Origin: Mycobacteriales bacterium | Lineage (GTDB): Bacteria > Actinomycetota > Actinomycetes > JAFAQI01 | NCBI GenBank assembly: GCA_036267755.1 | Contig: DATAVK010000056.1 | Coordinates: 1,989-65,988, forward strand | Length of the DNA: 64,000 nt | Direction of reading: 5' to 3' | Shown: one piece after another, positions 10,170 through 20,403 of the stretch | How the letters are laid out: every line of letters starts with the position of its first letter | Numbering within the stretch: position 1 is the first letter of the stretch | Translations under genes and position numbers: made by a program | Notes under the pieces: model-generated | What the model saw: the letters and a program-made list of their open reading frames with translations, nothing else | Databases searched by the model: none | Told to the model about the DNA's origin: nothing

Positions 10170-10816
10170 GGCGATGACGTGGGGACCGGCGGGACCGGCG
10201 GAGTCGGCGTACCCGTCCGGGACTGCCGGTAGACCTCGACCATCCGCTGCCCGACCGTCACGGTGGTGGCGGCGGCGAGGCCCCACAGCCCGATCGCCCG
10301 CAGGATCGGGAGCGAGAACAGCCCGGAGAGCCCGGTCAACACGAGGATCGCGATCAGTCGCTCGCCGCGCTCCGCGATGCCGACGTTCGCGGTCATGCCG
10401 AGGCTTTCGGCGCGAGCCTTCGCGTACGACGTGACCGCCCCGGCGACCAGGTCATAGATCGCCACGGCGCACAACGTGAGGTTGTTCCCGTCGCCGGCGT
10501 ACCAGAGGGCCAGGCCACCGAAGACGGCTCCGTCACCGACCCGGTCGAGGGTGGAGTCGAGGAACGCTCCCCAGGGGCCGCTGGTGCCGCGCGCCCGGGC
10601 GACGGCGCCGTCGAGCATGTCGCTGAAGACGAAGGCGGTGATGACGAGAGTGCCCAGGAAGAAGGAGCCGCGCGGGTAGAAACCGAGAGCGCCGCCAGCG
10701 ACCCCGATGGTCCCGACGATGGTGAGCGCGTCCGGGGTGACGCCCATGCGCACCAGACGATGGGCTAGTGGCTCGACCACGCGGTTGATCTGTGGCCGCG
10801 CGTGAATCCCCAGCAT
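10166..10816 (-). CDS. pgsA: CDP-alcohol phosphatidyltransferase, phosphatidylinositol phosphate synthase
   Basis: Starts at internal ATG 10816 (MLGIHARPQ...). It carries the CDP-alcohol motif DMLDGAVARARGTSGPWGAFLDSTLDRVGD and is 216 aa. Confidence 0.9.
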   Translation of the reverse strand: MLGIHARPQINRVVEPLAHRLVRMGVTPDALTIVGTIGVAGGALGFYPRGSFFLGTLVITAFVFSDMLDGAVARARGTSGPWGAFLDSTLDRVGDGAVFGGLALWYAGDGNNLTLCAVAIYDLVAGAVTSYAKARAESLGMTANVGIAERGERLIAILVLTGLSGLFSLPILRAIGLWGLAAATTVTVGQRMVEVYRQSRTGTPTPPVPPVPTSSP

Positions 10817-10914
10817 TGTCCGGCGAGGATAGCGACCGATCCCTCCCCACCTCTTGTCCTGCGCGCCTATCGGGTGGACGCTGCCCGGAACACCCGTTTC
10901 GAGGAGGCGACCAG

Positions 10915-13086
10915 ATGGCCGAGAAGTCCACGGCACCAACTCCCGGCGGCAAGACATCGGGAGCGGCCGGCAGAGCACCGATGGCCGATGAGCCGTCACG
11001 GATCCGCAACGTCGTGCTCGTCGGCCACTCCGGAGCCGGGAAGACCACATTGGTCGAGGCCCTGCTCGTGGCGACCGGGACGATCCCCCGCGCCGGTCGC
11101 GTCGAGGACGGCACGACGATCAGCGACTTCGACGAGGCAGAGGTCCGCCAGCAGCGCTCGATCAGCCTGACCCTCACCCCCTTCGAGCACAACGGCGTCG
11201 TCGTCAACCTGCTCGATACACCGGGGTACGCCGATTTCGTCGGTGACCTGCGAGCCGGGCTGCGCGCCGCCGACGCCGCGCTGTTCGTGGTGAGCGCCGC
11301 CGACGGGATCGACGGCACGACCCGGATGATCTGGGACGAGTGCGCCGCCGTCGGCATGCCACGTGCCGTCGTCGTGACCCGGCTGGACTCCGCGCGGGCC
11401 GACTTCGAGGACACCCTGATCGCCGCACAGGCGGAGTTCGGCGATGCCGTGCTCCCCCTCTATCTGCCGCTCCATGCCGACGATGGCGCGATCGGGGGCG
11501 TGATCGGGCTGCTGTCGCGCCGCATCGCCGACTACTCCTCCGGTGCCCGCGTTGAACGCGAGCCCGATGCGGAACACCTGCCGTTCATCGCGACCCAGCG
11601 CGACAGCCTGATCGAGGGCATCATCGCCGAGTCGGAGGACGAGACCTTGCTCGACCGGTACCTCGGCGGTGAGGAGATCGACGTCAAGGTCCTCATCGAC
11701 GACCTGGAGACCGCGGTCGCCCGAGGCAGCTTCTATCCCGTCCTTCCCGTCTGCGCCGGCACCGGTGTCGGGATGACGGAACTGCTCGAGGTGCTGACCA
11801 GCGCGTTCCCGTCGCCGCTCGAGCACCCATTGCTGCCGGTCTCGCGGCCGAACAGCGACCCGGTCGAGCCGCTGACTTGCGACCCGGCGGGCCTGCTGTG
11901 CGCCGAAGTCGTCAAGACCACCACCGACCCCTACGTCGGACGGATCTCGTTGGTGCGGGTGTTCTCCGGGACGCTCACGCCCGACGCCATCCTCCACGTG
12001 TCCGGGCACGGTCTCGCCGAACGCGGCCACGACGACCACGACGTCGAGGAGAAGGTCGGTGCGTTGGCGAGCCCGTTGGGGAAGACGCTTCGCCCGGTGG
12101 ACCACGCGATCGCCGGCTCGATCGTCGCCATCGCGAAGCTGTCCCGCGCTGAGACCGGGGACACCTTGTCGACTAAGGACGAGCCGCTGCTCGTGGCGCC
12201 GTGGGAGATGCCGGAGCCGCTGCTCCCGGTGGCCATCCAGGCGCGGAGCAAGGCCGACGAGGACAAGCTCTCCACCGGCCTGCAGCGCATCGTCGCCGAG
12301 GAGCCCACGGTCCGGCTCGAGCGCAACATCGAGACCTCGCAGCTCATCTTGTGGTGCATGGGCGAGGCTCACGCCGACGTCCTGGTCGACCGGCTGGCCA
12401 CCAAGTACGGCGTCGCGGTCGACCAGGTGGAGCTGCGGGTCCCGTTGCGGGAGACCTTCGCCAGCCCGGCCTCCGGCCATGGCCGACACGTCAAGCAGTC
12501 CGGTGGCCACGGCCAGTTCGCGGTCTGCCACGTGGACTTCGAGCCGATGCCGGCCGGCAGCGGGTTCGAGTTCATTGACAAGATCTACGGCGGATCGGTG
12601 CCCCATCAGTTCGTCCCGTCGGTGGAGAAGGGCATCCGCGCGGCGATGGAGCACGGCGTCGCGCAGGGATATCCGGTCGTGGACCTGCGGGCGACGCTGC
12701 GGGACGGCAAGGCCCACTCAGTCGACTCCTCCGACATGGCGTTCCAGCTGGCGGGCGGCCTCGCGCTCCGGGACGCCGCCGCGACCGGGCAGGTCGACCT
12801 GCTCGAGCCAGTGCTCGACATGTCGATCCTGGTCGCGGACGACTACGTGGGTGCGGTCATGAGCGACCTGTCCACCCGCCGTGGTCGCGTGACCGGCACC
12901 GAGCCGGTAGGAACCGGCCGGTCGCTGGTGCGCGCGGAAGTGCCCGAGGTCGAGGTCACCCGCTACGCGATCGACCTGCGGTCGCTGTCGCACGGCACCG
13001 GCACCTTCAGCCGCCGGCATCTGCGCTACGAGCCGATGCCGTCCCACGTCGCCGCCCGGCTGGCGAGTTCAGGGACCTCTCACTGA
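10915..13086 (+). CDS. Elongation factor G-like GTPase (EF-G2 type)
   Basis: ATG 10915 is preceded by GAGGAGG. G1 is GHSGAGKTT, G3 is DTPGYADF, and G4 is the degenerate TRLD typical of EF-G-like paralogues. The protein has full five-domain length. Confidence 0.88.
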   Translation: MAEKSTAPTPGGKTSGAAGRAPMADEPSRIRNVVLVGHSGAGKTTLVEALLVATGTIPRAGRVEDGTTISDFDEAEVRQQRSISLTLTPFEHNGVVVNLLDTPGYADFVGDLRAGLRAADAALFVVSAADGIDGTTRMIWDECAAVGMPRAVVVTRLDSARADFEDTLIAAQAEFGDAVLPLYLPLHADDGAIGGVIGLLSRRIADYSSGARVEREPDAEHLPFIATQRDSLIEGIIAESEDETLLDRYLGGEEIDVKVLIDDLETAVARGSFYPVLPVCAGTGVGMTELLEVLTSAFPSPLEHPLLPVSRPNSDPVEPLTCDPAGLLCAEVVKTTTDPYVGRISLVRVFSGTLTPDAILHVSGHGLAERGHDDHDVEEKVGALASPLGKTLRPVDHAIAGSIVAIAKLSRAETGDTLSTKDEPLLVAPWEMPEPLLPVAIQARSKADEDKLSTGLQRIVAEEPTVRLERNIETSQLILWCMGEAHADVLVDRLATKYGVAVDQVELRVPLRETFASPASGHGRHVKQSGGHGQFAVCHVDFEPMPAGSGFEFIDKIYGGSVPHQFVPSVEKGIRAAMEHGVAQGYPVVDLRATLRDGKAHSVDSSDMAFQLAGGLALRDAAATGQVDLLEPVLDMSILVADDYVGAVMSDLSTRRGRVTGTEPVGTGRSLVRAEVPEVEVTRYAIDLRSLSHGTGTFSRRHLRYEPMPSHVAARLASSGTSH

Positions 13087-13105
13087 CGAGGCTTACGCTT
13101 GAGTC

Positions 13106-13456
13106 ATGGTGCTCGCCGTCTTCGCCGTACTGATCGTTCTGTTTGTCGTTCTGCCGCTGGTAGGCGTCGCCCTGTGGTTTGTCATCAGTACCGCAGTGGT
13201 GGGCCTCGTGCTCGGTGCGCTCGGCCGGCTCATCGTTCCCGGGGAGCAGCCGATCGGCGTTATTGCCACGATCATCTGTGGCTGGGCCGGCTCGTTGATC
13301 GGCGGCGTGATCGGCCGGATCATCTGGAACCACTCACATCACTGGGCCACGTTCCTCATCGAGGTCGGCATCTCCGCGGGCGCCGTGCTGGCCTGGTCGC
13401 GTCACGACCGCAAGATGATCCAGGCCAACGCGCCACACCGCGTCATCGACATCTAG
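13106..13456 (+). CDS. GlsB/YeaQ/YmgE-family small membrane protein
   Basis: 116 aa with 3-4 TM helices and Gly-rich segments (GALGRLIVPG, GWAGSLIGGVIG) typical of the family. Confidence 0.65.
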   Translation: MVLAVFAVLIVLFVVLPLVGVALWFVISTAVVGLVLGALGRLIVPGEQPIGVIATIICGWAGSLIGGVIGRIIWNHSHHWATFLIEVGISAGAVLAWSRHDRKMIQANAPHRVIDI

Positions 13457-13471
13457 CCCCACCGTCGGCGG

Positions 13472-13972
13472 CTACCGGTTGATGCGGGAGCGCGCGCTGC
13501 TCGAGCCGGCCAACGGTTCGAGAGTGCCGGCCTTGCCCAGGCCGATCGGTGGCATGTTGCCGTAGATCGACTCGTACTCCCCGGCACGGACCAGGTAGGT
13601 CTCGTGCCAGATGCCACTGCGGTTGTCGTGCCCGACCCGGCGCCAGTAGTTGCGCATCGGCTGCAGGTGGGGGTCGGACTCGTCGCGCGCGAAGGCCTCG
13701 AGGTGCTCATAGGAACGCCAGTACTGCACGATGACCGGGAACCCGAACTCGTAGCCGAGCAGGCCTTTCTCCGGATGCTTCGAGAGGTACTTCAACATGT
13801 AACTCATCCCGCGCCGGCCGGCCACGTCATGCCACCAACGGATCGGGTGCCGCGGATCGGGACGGGTCCCGATCAAGAAGACGACGAAGTCGCCCTCGAT
13901 GGTGGCGCTGTAGCGACCCTGCAACGGCTTGACCATGCCGGCATCGTCCCGCTTTGCCTCGGTGCCCGGCAA
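13472..13972 (-). CDS. DUF4188 domain protein
   Basis: 166 aa. GDFVVFLIGTRP...W and HETYLV resemble DUF4188 (ABM-like) proteins. The start could instead be the internal Met at 13936. Confidence 0.6.
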   Translation of the reverse strand: MPGTEAKRDDAGMVKPLQGRYSATIEGDFVVFLIGTRPDPRHPIRWWHDVAGRRGMSYMLKYLSKHPEKGLLGYEFGFPVIVQYWRSYEHLEAFARDESDPHLQPMRNYWRRVGHDNRSGIWHETYLVRAGEYESIYGNMPPIGLGKAGTLEPLAGSSSARSRINR

Positions 13973-13978
13973 GGCACG

Positions 13979-14515
13979 TCACGAACCGGGGTTGGTCCAG
14001 GCGTCGGCGACCAGCTGGCGGGTGTCGCGCAATAGTTGCGGCAGCACCTTGGTGTGCCCGACGACCGGCATGAAGTTGGTGTCACCACCCCAGCGGGGTA
14101 CGACGTGTTGATGCAGGTGCTCGGCGATGCCGGCGCCGGCAACGCTGCCTTGGTTCATGCCGAGGTTGAACCCCTGTGCCCCGCTGGCCCGGCGGAGTGC
14201 CTGCATCGAGTGCTGGGTCAGCGTCGCGACCTCGACGGTCTCCTCCGCCGTGAGATCCGGGTAGTCGGCGACGTGCCGATACGGCACCGCCATCAGGTGC
14301 CCGGAGTTGTACGGGTAGAGGTTGAGGACGACGTACGCCGTGTCGCCCCGGTGGACGATCAGGCCGTCCTCGTCACTCATCGTCGGGATGGTGCAGAACG
14401 CGCAGCCGTCGCCCTTGCCCTCGCCCTGGATGTAGGCCATCCGCTCCGGCTTCCACAGCCGCTGCCAACCGTCGGGTACGCCGGCACCCCCCTGCGTCTC
14501 AGGCGACGACGTCAT
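13979..14515 (-). CDS. HIT-family nucleotide phosphorylase/hydrolase (Rv2613c-like Ap4A phosphorylase)
   Basis: 178 aa with the histidine triad [10 protein letters not shown]. It lies immediately downstream of thrS, as in mycobacteria. Confidence 0.85.
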   Translation of the reverse strand: MTSSPETQGGAGVPDGWQRLWKPERMAYIQGEGKGDGCAFCTIPTMSDEDGLIVHRGDTAYVVLNLYPYNSGHLMAVPYRHVADYPDLTAEETVEVATLTQHSMQALRRASGAQGFNLGMNQGSVAGAGIAEHLHQHVVPRWGGDTNFMPVVGHTKVLPQLLRDTRQLVADAWTNPGS

Positions 14516-16508
14516 CGGGGTTCAAGGCGTCCGGCTCGACCTGGCGTGAGGCGATGTTGCGTGCGATTTCGATGATCACGTCGTCGATCGGTACGCCGCG
14601 CCGCTCCACCCCGTTGCGATAGCGCAGGGATACGGCGTTTGCCTCGACGTCGCGCGGCCCGGCGACCAGCATGAACGGCACCTTCTGCTGCTGCGCCCGC
14701 AGGATCTTCTTCTGCATCCGGTCGTCCGCCGTGTCGACCTCGACCCGGACCCCCTCACCGCGCAACCGCTCCGCGACCAGCTCGAGGTACTCGTTGTTTT
14801 CCGAGCGGATCGGGATCCCCACCACCTGCACCGGCGCCAGCCAGGCCGGGAACGCGCCCGCGTAGTGCTCGGTGAGCACGCCGAAGAACCGCTCGATCGA
14901 CCCGAACAGCGCGCGGTGGATCATCACCGGCATGTGACGCTCGCCGTCGGCTCCCTGGTACTCCAGCCCGAACCGCTTCGGCTGGTTGAAGTCGACCTGG
15001 ATGGTCGACATCTGCCAGGTCCGGCCGATCGCGTCCTTGGCCTGCACCGAGATCTTGGGGCCGTAGTAGGCCGCGCCGCCCGGGTCGGGGACCAGCTCGA
15101 GGCCTGACTCGTCGGCGGCCCGCTGCAGCGCCGCGGTCGCCTCTTCCCAGTCGGCGTCCTCGCCCATGAACTTCGGCGAGTCGTCCCGGGTCGACAGCTC
15201 GAGATAGAAGTCCGTCAGTCCGTAGTCGCGGAGCAGGTCGAGCACGAAGGTCAGCAACGACGTCAGCTCGCCGGCCATCTGCTCGCGGGTGCAGTAGATG
15301 TGCGAGTCGTCCATGGTCAGGCCGCGCACCCTGGTGAGCCCGTGCACGACCCCGGACTTCTCGAACCGGTAGACCGTCCCGAACTCGAAGAGCCGCAGCG
15401 GCAGCTCGCGATACGAACGCCCGCGCGCCTTGAAGACCAGGTTGTGCATCGGGCAGTTCATCGCCTTGAGGTAGTACTCCGCGCCCTCGAGCTGCATCGG
15501 CGGGAACATTCCCTCCTCGAAGTACGGCAGGTGACCCGAGGTCTCGAACAGTCCGCGCTTGGAGATGTGCGGGGTGTTGACGAAGGAGTAGCCGGCCGTT
15601 TCATGGCGGTGCCGCGAGTAGTCCTCCATGACCCGGCGTACGACGCCACCCTTCGGGTGGAACACCGCGAGCCCCGACCCCAGCTCGTCGGGGAAGGAGA
15701 ACAGGTCGAGCTCGACGCCGAGCCGGCGGTGGTCGCGACGCTCCGCCTCGGCGAGCATCTCGACGTACTCGTCCAGCTCCGCACCCGACGGCCAGGCGGT
15801 GCCGTAGACCCGCTGGAGTTGCGGGTTCTTCTCGCTCCCCCGCCAGTACGCCGCCGCAATCCGGGTCAGCTGGAAGCCGGCGTCGGGAATGATCGCCGTC
15901 GACGACACGTGCGGGCCCCGACACAGGTCCTTCCACGCCAGCGAGCCGTCCGGGCGGACGTTGTCGTAGATGGTGAGCTCGCTGCCACCGACCTCCGCGT
16001 CGGCACCCTCGGCCACCTCGGCCGCGGCGCCCTTGAGGCCGATCAGCTCCAGCTTGTACGGCTCGGCGGACAGCTCGTCGCGCGCCTCGTCATCGCTGAC
16101 CACCCGGCGGACGAACCGCTGGTCCTCCGCGACGATCTCGCGCATCCGGGCCTCGATCCGCTCGAGGTCCTCCGGCGTGAACGCCGCGTCAACGTCGAAG
16201 TCGTAGTAGAAGCCGTTCTCGATCGGCGGCCCGATCCCTAGCCGGGCCGAGGGGAACAGCCCCTGCACGGCCTGGGCGAGCACGTGGGCCGTCGAGTGGC
16301 GGAGTACGGCGAGGCCCTCCGGCGAGTCGAACGGCACCGATTCGAGCGCGTCGCCGTCCTCAGGGACCCACGATAGGTCGTGCAGCGTGTCCTCGTTCGC
16401 CCGCACCACGATGCCACCGATGCCGGCCGAGGAGAACGCGTCGCCCGCCGTTGTCCCGGCAGGCACAACGTGCGGCGAGCCGTCGAGGGTCAGGCGGATG
16501 TCAGGCAT
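14499..16508 (-). CDS. thrS: Threonine--tRNA ligase
   Basis: 669 aa. It has a TGS N-terminus, a class II core (FRHETAGY.., [11 protein letters not shown]) and an anticodon-binding C-terminus. Confidence 0.97.
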   Translation of the reverse strand: MPDIRLTLDGSPHVVPAGTTAGDAFSSAGIGGIVVRANEDTLHDLSWVPEDGDALESVPFDSPEGLAVLRHSTAHVLAQAVQGLFPSARLGIGPPIENGFYYDFDVDAAFTPEDLERIEARMREIVAEDQRFVRRVVSDDEARDELSAEPYKLELIGLKGAAAEVAEGADAEVGGSELTIYDNVRPDGSLAWKDLCRGPHVSSTAIIPDAGFQLTRIAAAYWRGSEKNPQLQRVYGTAWPSGAELDEYVEMLAEAERRDHRRLGVELDLFSFPDELGSGLAVFHPKGGVVRRVMEDYSRHRHETAGYSFVNTPHISKRGLFETSGHLPYFEEGMFPPMQLEGAEYYLKAMNCPMHNLVFKARGRSYRELPLRLFEFGTVYRFEKSGVVHGLTRVRGLTMDDSHIYCTREQMAGELTSLLTFVLDLLRDYGLTDFYLELSTRDDSPKFMGEDADWEEATAALQRAADESGLELVPDPGGAAYYGPKISVQAKDAIGRTWQMSTIQVDFNQPKRFGLEYQGADGERHMPVMIHRALFGSIERFFGVLTEHYAGAFPAWLAPVQVVGIPIRSENNEYLELVAERLRGEGVRVEVDTADDRMQKKILRAQQQKVPFMLVAGPRDVEANAVSLRYRNGVERRGVPIDDVIIEIARNIASRQVEPDALNPDDVVA

Positions 16509-16545
16509 GCGCCGAGGCTATCCAGCCGCGGCAACCGCGAATCCG

Positions 16546-16875
16546 TCAGTCGGCAATCGTCGCGTCGTCGACCGGCGTACCAAGCAGGTAGATGACTGCT
16601 GGCGGCACCGAGCTGCGCGCCTCGGCCAGCGACGGGGCGACCAGCCGGTGCACGATCGCGATGTCGTCCGCCGCGGGATGGGTGAGCGAGAACGATGCCT
16701 GCCACCCAGCCGGGCACTTCTCGAACCGGACAGACAGCGACAGATCACCGTCAACCACAACGTCTTCGACGATGCCACCGGCCTCGAGACGCGTGAGCAC
16801 GTCGGAAGTGTTTCCTACTGAACCCGGCCGCGTCCGGTTTTCCCTTGCAACGTCACCCGGACGCCCGGATGACAT
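16546..16875 (-). CDS. Hypothetical protein (orphan)
   Basis: 109-aa ORF with good third-position G/C bias and no recognised motif. An alternative GTG start lies at 16800. The annotated start is only 9 nt from tRNA-Val. Confidence 0.4.
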   Translation of the reverse strand: MSSGRPGDVARENRTRPGSVGNTSDVLTRLEAGGIVEDVVVDGDLSLSVRFEKCPAGWQASFSLTHPAADDIAIVHRLVAPSLAEARSSVPPAVIYLLGTPVDDATIAD

Positions 16876-16884
16876 GGGCGATAG

Positions 16885-16958
16885 TGGGCGATACAGGACT
16901 TGAACCTGTGACCTCTCGCGTGTGAAGCGAGCGCTCTAACCAACTGAGCTAATCGCCC
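16885..16958 (-). tRNA. tRNA-Val (anticodon CAC)
   Basis: The minus-strand read GGGCGATTAGCTCAGTTGGTTAGAGCGCTCGCTTCACACGCGAGAGGTCACAGGTTCAAGTCCTGTATCGCCCA folds as a cloverleaf. The anticodon loop is TTCACAC. Confidence 0.93.
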
Positions 16959-17073
16959 GTTCGACGGGCCCGTCAGCCTAGCGCCTGGAGAATCCTCGGC
17001 CACGACGTTAGGCGGGTCCCATGCGCGGGCATCTTCTAGGTAACCACCCTAACGACGGAGGACCTTGCCGACC

Positions 17074-17505
17074 ATGGACACCCCCTCGCAGCAGACGGTG
17101 AGCGCAGCCATCGATCTGCGTCTGCTGGTGACCGCTGGTCCCTCGCTGCCGCTTCGCGCGGACATCGAGTACACGTCTACCGATCCCTACGCGGTCCGGG
17201 TGACGTTCCACACCGGCATGGACGAGGTCGTCGCGTGGACCTTTGCCCGGTCCCTGCTGACCGACGGCATCAACGACCCGGTCGGGGAGGGTGACGTGCA
17301 GGTCTGGCCCTCGCGCACCGGCGGCATCCCGACGGTCTGCCTGTCGCTGTCCAGTCCCTCCGGTCGAGCGCTGTTCGAGGCTCCGCTCTCGGACCTGGTG
17401 GAGTTCCTCAACCGCACCTACGACAGCGTCCCCACCGGCCAGGAGAGCGAGTACGTCGATGTCGACGCCGAGCTCGCGATGCTGCTCTGGACCAACCCCT
17501 CCTAG
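17074..17505 (+). CDS. ssgB: SsgA-family sporulation/cell-division regulator (SsgB-like)
   Basis: The size is in the usual SALP range, and the pattern DPYAVRVTFH..VVAWTFARSLL..G.....GDV.V.P is the SALP core. I prefer ATG 17074 (GGAGGA sits 11 nt upstream) over the track's TTG 17065. Confidence 0.85.
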   Translation: MDTPSQQTVSAAIDLRLLVTAGPSLPLRADIEYTSTDPYAVRVTFHTGMDEVVAWTFARSLLTDGINDPVGEGDVQVWPSRTGGIPTVCLSLSSPSGRALFEAPLSDLVEFLNRTYDSVPTGQESEYVDVDAELAMLLWTNPS

Positions 17506-17509
17506 CCCG

Positions 17510-17554
17510 CGGCTCCCTCACTCACGGCTCCCTCACTCAGGGCTCGCTAACTCG
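17510..17554. repeat. Tandem 15-mer (CGGCTCCCTCACTCA x2 plus one degenerate copy)
   Basis: Two perfect copies lie at 17510-17524 and 17525-17539. A third diverged copy (GGGCTCGCTAACTCG) runs into the hutI stop codon. Together they fill the convergent ssgB/hutI gap. Confidence 0.8.
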
Positions 17555-18710
17555 GGATCAGGCCGCCCACCACAGTTGCGGTGACCGCTGGCGCGCCCAG
17601 GTGCGCCACCAGATCAGCCTCGTGGTCACTCGCCAGCACCACAAGATCGCCCCGGGCGCCGAGCCCGAGCTGACCCACGTCGTCCCGGCATAACGCCGCG
17701 GCTCCGCCGAGCGTCGCCGCGCGGAGCGCCTCATCCACCTCGAGCCCCATCCCGAGGCAGGCGAGCTGCACGGCGTACGGCATCGCCTCGCACCACGCCG
17801 TACCCGGATTGCAGTCCGTGGCGATCGCGAGGGTGCAGCCCGCGTCGCGGAGGACCTGACCGTGCCCCCAGCGGCCGTTGCGGGTGTAGAGCGAGGTCAC
17901 GGGCACCAGCGCGGCGACGACCCCAGCGGCCGCCATCGCCGCGGCACTCGTGGGGGTGACGTAGTCCAGGTGGTCGGCGCTCGCGCAGCCCAGCTCGGCG
18001 GCGAGCTCCGCCGCCCCGCTCGCCGACAGCTGCTCCGCGTGCATCCGCAGGCCGAGACCGGCGGCCCTGGCCGCGGTGAGGATGGTTCGGGCCTCGGCGA
18101 CGGAGAATGCCCCCTCGTCGCAGAAGACATCGCACCACCGGGCACCGTGGGCCACTGCGGCTGGAAGCTGTGCCACCACTTCGCGGACGTAGTCCGCCCG
18201 GTCGCGATCGGGGGGTACGACGTGCGCGCCGAGATAGGTAGTCGTGATCGTCGGCCCGGTCAGTGAGCCGGCGACGTCGAGCAGCCGCAGCTCGTCATCC
18301 GGTGTGAGGCCGTAGCCGCTCTTGACCTCCATCGTCGTGGTGCCAGATGCCACGGCAGTGTCGACCCGAGCCTGCGCCAGCGCGCCCAGCTGATCGGTGC
18401 CAGCCGCGCGGGTGGCGGTGACCGTCGACGTGATCCCACCCGGCTGGTACGACGCACCGGCGAGCCGGCCCACCACGTCGTCGCGGCGGCTCCCGGCCCA
18501 GACCAGGTGGGTGTGGGAGTCGACGAAGCCCGGCAGTACGGCGGCTCCCCCGGCGTCGAGCTCGGCCACGTCACCCAGCCCCGCGGGCAGGTCCCGGTCG
18601 GGCCCGACCCACCTCACCCGGCCGTCGCGGACCACGACCGCTGCGTCGGCGAGTCTGGGCTGCGCCCAGGTCGTCAGCCGACCGATCCGGCGGACGACGA
18701 GGTCGCTCAC
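17547..18710 (-). CDS. hutI: Imidazolonepropionase
   Basis: The start is trimmed to GTG 18710 ([10 protein letters not shown]...), which forms a GTGA overlap with the hutU stop. It has the amidohydrolase metal motif [12 protein letters not shown] and is 387 aa. Confidence 0.93.
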   Translation of the reverse strand: MSDLVVRRIGRLTTWAQPRLADAAVVVRDGRVRWVGPDRDLPAGLGDVAELDAGGAAVLPGFVDSHTHLVWAGSRRDDVVGRLAGASYQPGGITSTVTATRAAGTDQLGALAQARVDTAVASGTTTMEVKSGYGLTPDDELRLLDVAGSLTGPTITTTYLGAHVVPPDRDRADYVREVVAQLPAAVAHGARWCDVFCDEGAFSVAEARTILTAARAAGLGLRMHAEQLSASGAAELAAELGCASADHLDYVTPTSAAAMAAAGVVAALVPVTSLYTRNGRWGHGQVLRDAGCTLAIATDCNPGTAWCEAMPYAVQLACLGMGLEVDEALRAATLGGAAALCRDDVGQLGLGARGDLVVLASDHEADLVAHLGAPAVTATVVGGLIPS

Positions 18711-20389
18711 TCCTGCCAGGCGGGCGCGTGGGTCCCGGGCTCGAGCGGCATCCGGACCCCCACGTCGCGGGCCGTGTCGAGCGCGATCTCGTAGCCGGCG
18801 TCGGCGTGGCGGATCACGCCAGTCCCGGGGTCGTTGGTGAGCACCAGCTCGACCCGGCGCCGCGACGACGGCGTGCCCTCGGCGACGACGACCTGGCCGG
18901 CGTGGATCGACTTGCCGATGCCGACGCCACCGCCGTGGTGGATCGACACCCACGACGCGCCGGACGCGGTGTTGAGCATCGCGTTGAGCAGCGGCCAGTC
19001 CGCGATGGCGTCCGACCCGTCACGCATGCTCTCGGTCTCGCGCTCCGGTGAGGCGACCGACCCGGAGTCGAGGTGGTCCCGACCGATCGCGACCGGCGCG
19101 GTGACGATGCCGCGGGCGACCAGGTCGTCGAAGGCCAGGCCGGCCACCTGCCGTTCGCCGTACCCGAGCCAGCAGATCCGGGACGGCAGGCCCTGGCCCT
19201 TGACCTTCTCCCGGGCGAAGCGCACCCAGCGCTGCAGCGGGTCGTCGTCGGGGAACGCCTTCAGCACGGCGTCGTCGGTGGCCGCTAGGTCGGCGGGGTC
19301 ACCGGACAGGCAGGCCCAGCGGAACGGCCCGGCGCCGCGCGCGAACAGCGGCCGGATGTAGGCGGGAACGAAACCGGGGTAGTCGAAGGCGTTCGTGACG
19401 CCTGCGTCCTGCGCCTGGCCCCGCAGCCCGTTGCCGTAGTCGAAGACGACCGCGCCCTTGCCCTGCAGGTCGAGCATGGCCTGGCAGTGCTGGGCCATGG
19501 CCTGCTGCGCCCGCTCGACGTACTCCGACGGCTTGGTACGACGGAGCTCGCCGGCTTCTTCGAACGTCATGCCGTTGGGCACGTAGCCGTGCAGCGCGTC
19601 GTGGGCGCTGGTCTGATCGGTGACGATGTCCGGGACGACGTCGCGGCGGACCAGGTCGGGGAAGACGTCGGCGGCGTTCGCGACGACGGCGACCGACAGC
19701 GCCCGACCCTCGGCGGCTGCGGCCCTCACCCGGTCGAGGCCGTCATCCAGGGAGTCGGCGATCTCGTCGAGGTAGCCGTGGTCAAGCCGCCGCTGCGCCC
19801 GGGTGGCGTCGACCTCGATGCACAGCGCGGCGCCGCCGTTGCCGGTTACGGCGAGCGGCTGGGCGCCCCCCATGCCACCGAGACCGGCGGTGAGCACCCA
19901 TCGGCCCGCGAGCGTCCCATCGAAGTGCTGCTTGCCCACCTCGGCGAACGTGGCGTAGGTGCCCTGGAGGATCCCTTGGGTGCCGATGTAGATCCACGAC
20001 CCCGCGGTCATCTGGCCGTACATGGTCAGGCCCATGTCCTCGAGTTCACGGAAGTGCTCGGGGGTGGCCCACTTCGGCACCAGGTTGGAGTTCGCGATCA
20101 GTACCCGAGGCGCCATGTCGTGGGTACGCATGATGCCGACCGGCTTGCCGGACTGCACGAGGAGTGTGTCCTCGGGACCCATGGTCCGCAGCGACTCGAC
20201 GATCGCGTCGAAGCTGCGCCAGTCGCGGGCGGCCCGGCCGGAACCGCCGTACACGACGAGATCGTCGGGGCGCTCCGCCACCTCCGGGTCGAGGTTGTTC
20301 TGCAACATCCGCAGGGCGCCCTCGGCGCCCCAGGTCGCGGCGGTCAGTTGGGTACCGCGCGGCGCGCGCACGGGTCGGGCTCCGTCCAT
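18707..20389 (-). CDS. hutU: Urocanate hydratase
   Basis: The start is trimmed from the 869-aa track ORF to ATG 20389 ([21 protein letters not shown]...). The result is 560 aa with conserved stretches ([21 protein letters not shown]). Confidence 0.95.
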   Translation of the reverse strand: MDGARPVRAPRGTQLTAATWGAEGALRMLQNNLDPEVAERPDDLVVYGGSGRAARDWRSFDAIVESLRTMGPEDTLLVQSGKPVGIMRTHDMAPRVLIANSNLVPKWATPEHFRELEDMGLTMYGQMTAGSWIYIGTQGILQGTYATFAEVGKQHFDGTLAGRWVLTAGLGGMGGAQPLAVTGNGGAALCIEVDATRAQRRLDHGYLDEIADSLDDGLDRVRAAAAEGRALSVAVVANAADVFPDLVRRDVVPDIVTDQTSAHDALHGYVPNGMTFEEAGELRRTKPSEYVERAQQAMAQHCQAMLDLQGKGAVVFDYGNGLRGQAQDAGVTNAFDYPGFVPAYIRPLFARGAGPFRWACLSGDPADLAATDDAVLKAFPDDDPLQRWVRFAREKVKGQGLPSRICWLGYGERQVAGLAFDDLVARGIVTAPVAIGRDHLDSGSVASPERETESMRDGSDAIADWPLLNAMLNTASGASWVSIHHGGGVGIGKSIHAGQVVVAEGTPSSRRRVELVLTNDPGTGVIRHADAGYEIALDTARDVGVRMPLEPGTHAPAWQE

Positions 20390-20403
20390 AGCCCGGAGCG
20401 TAG

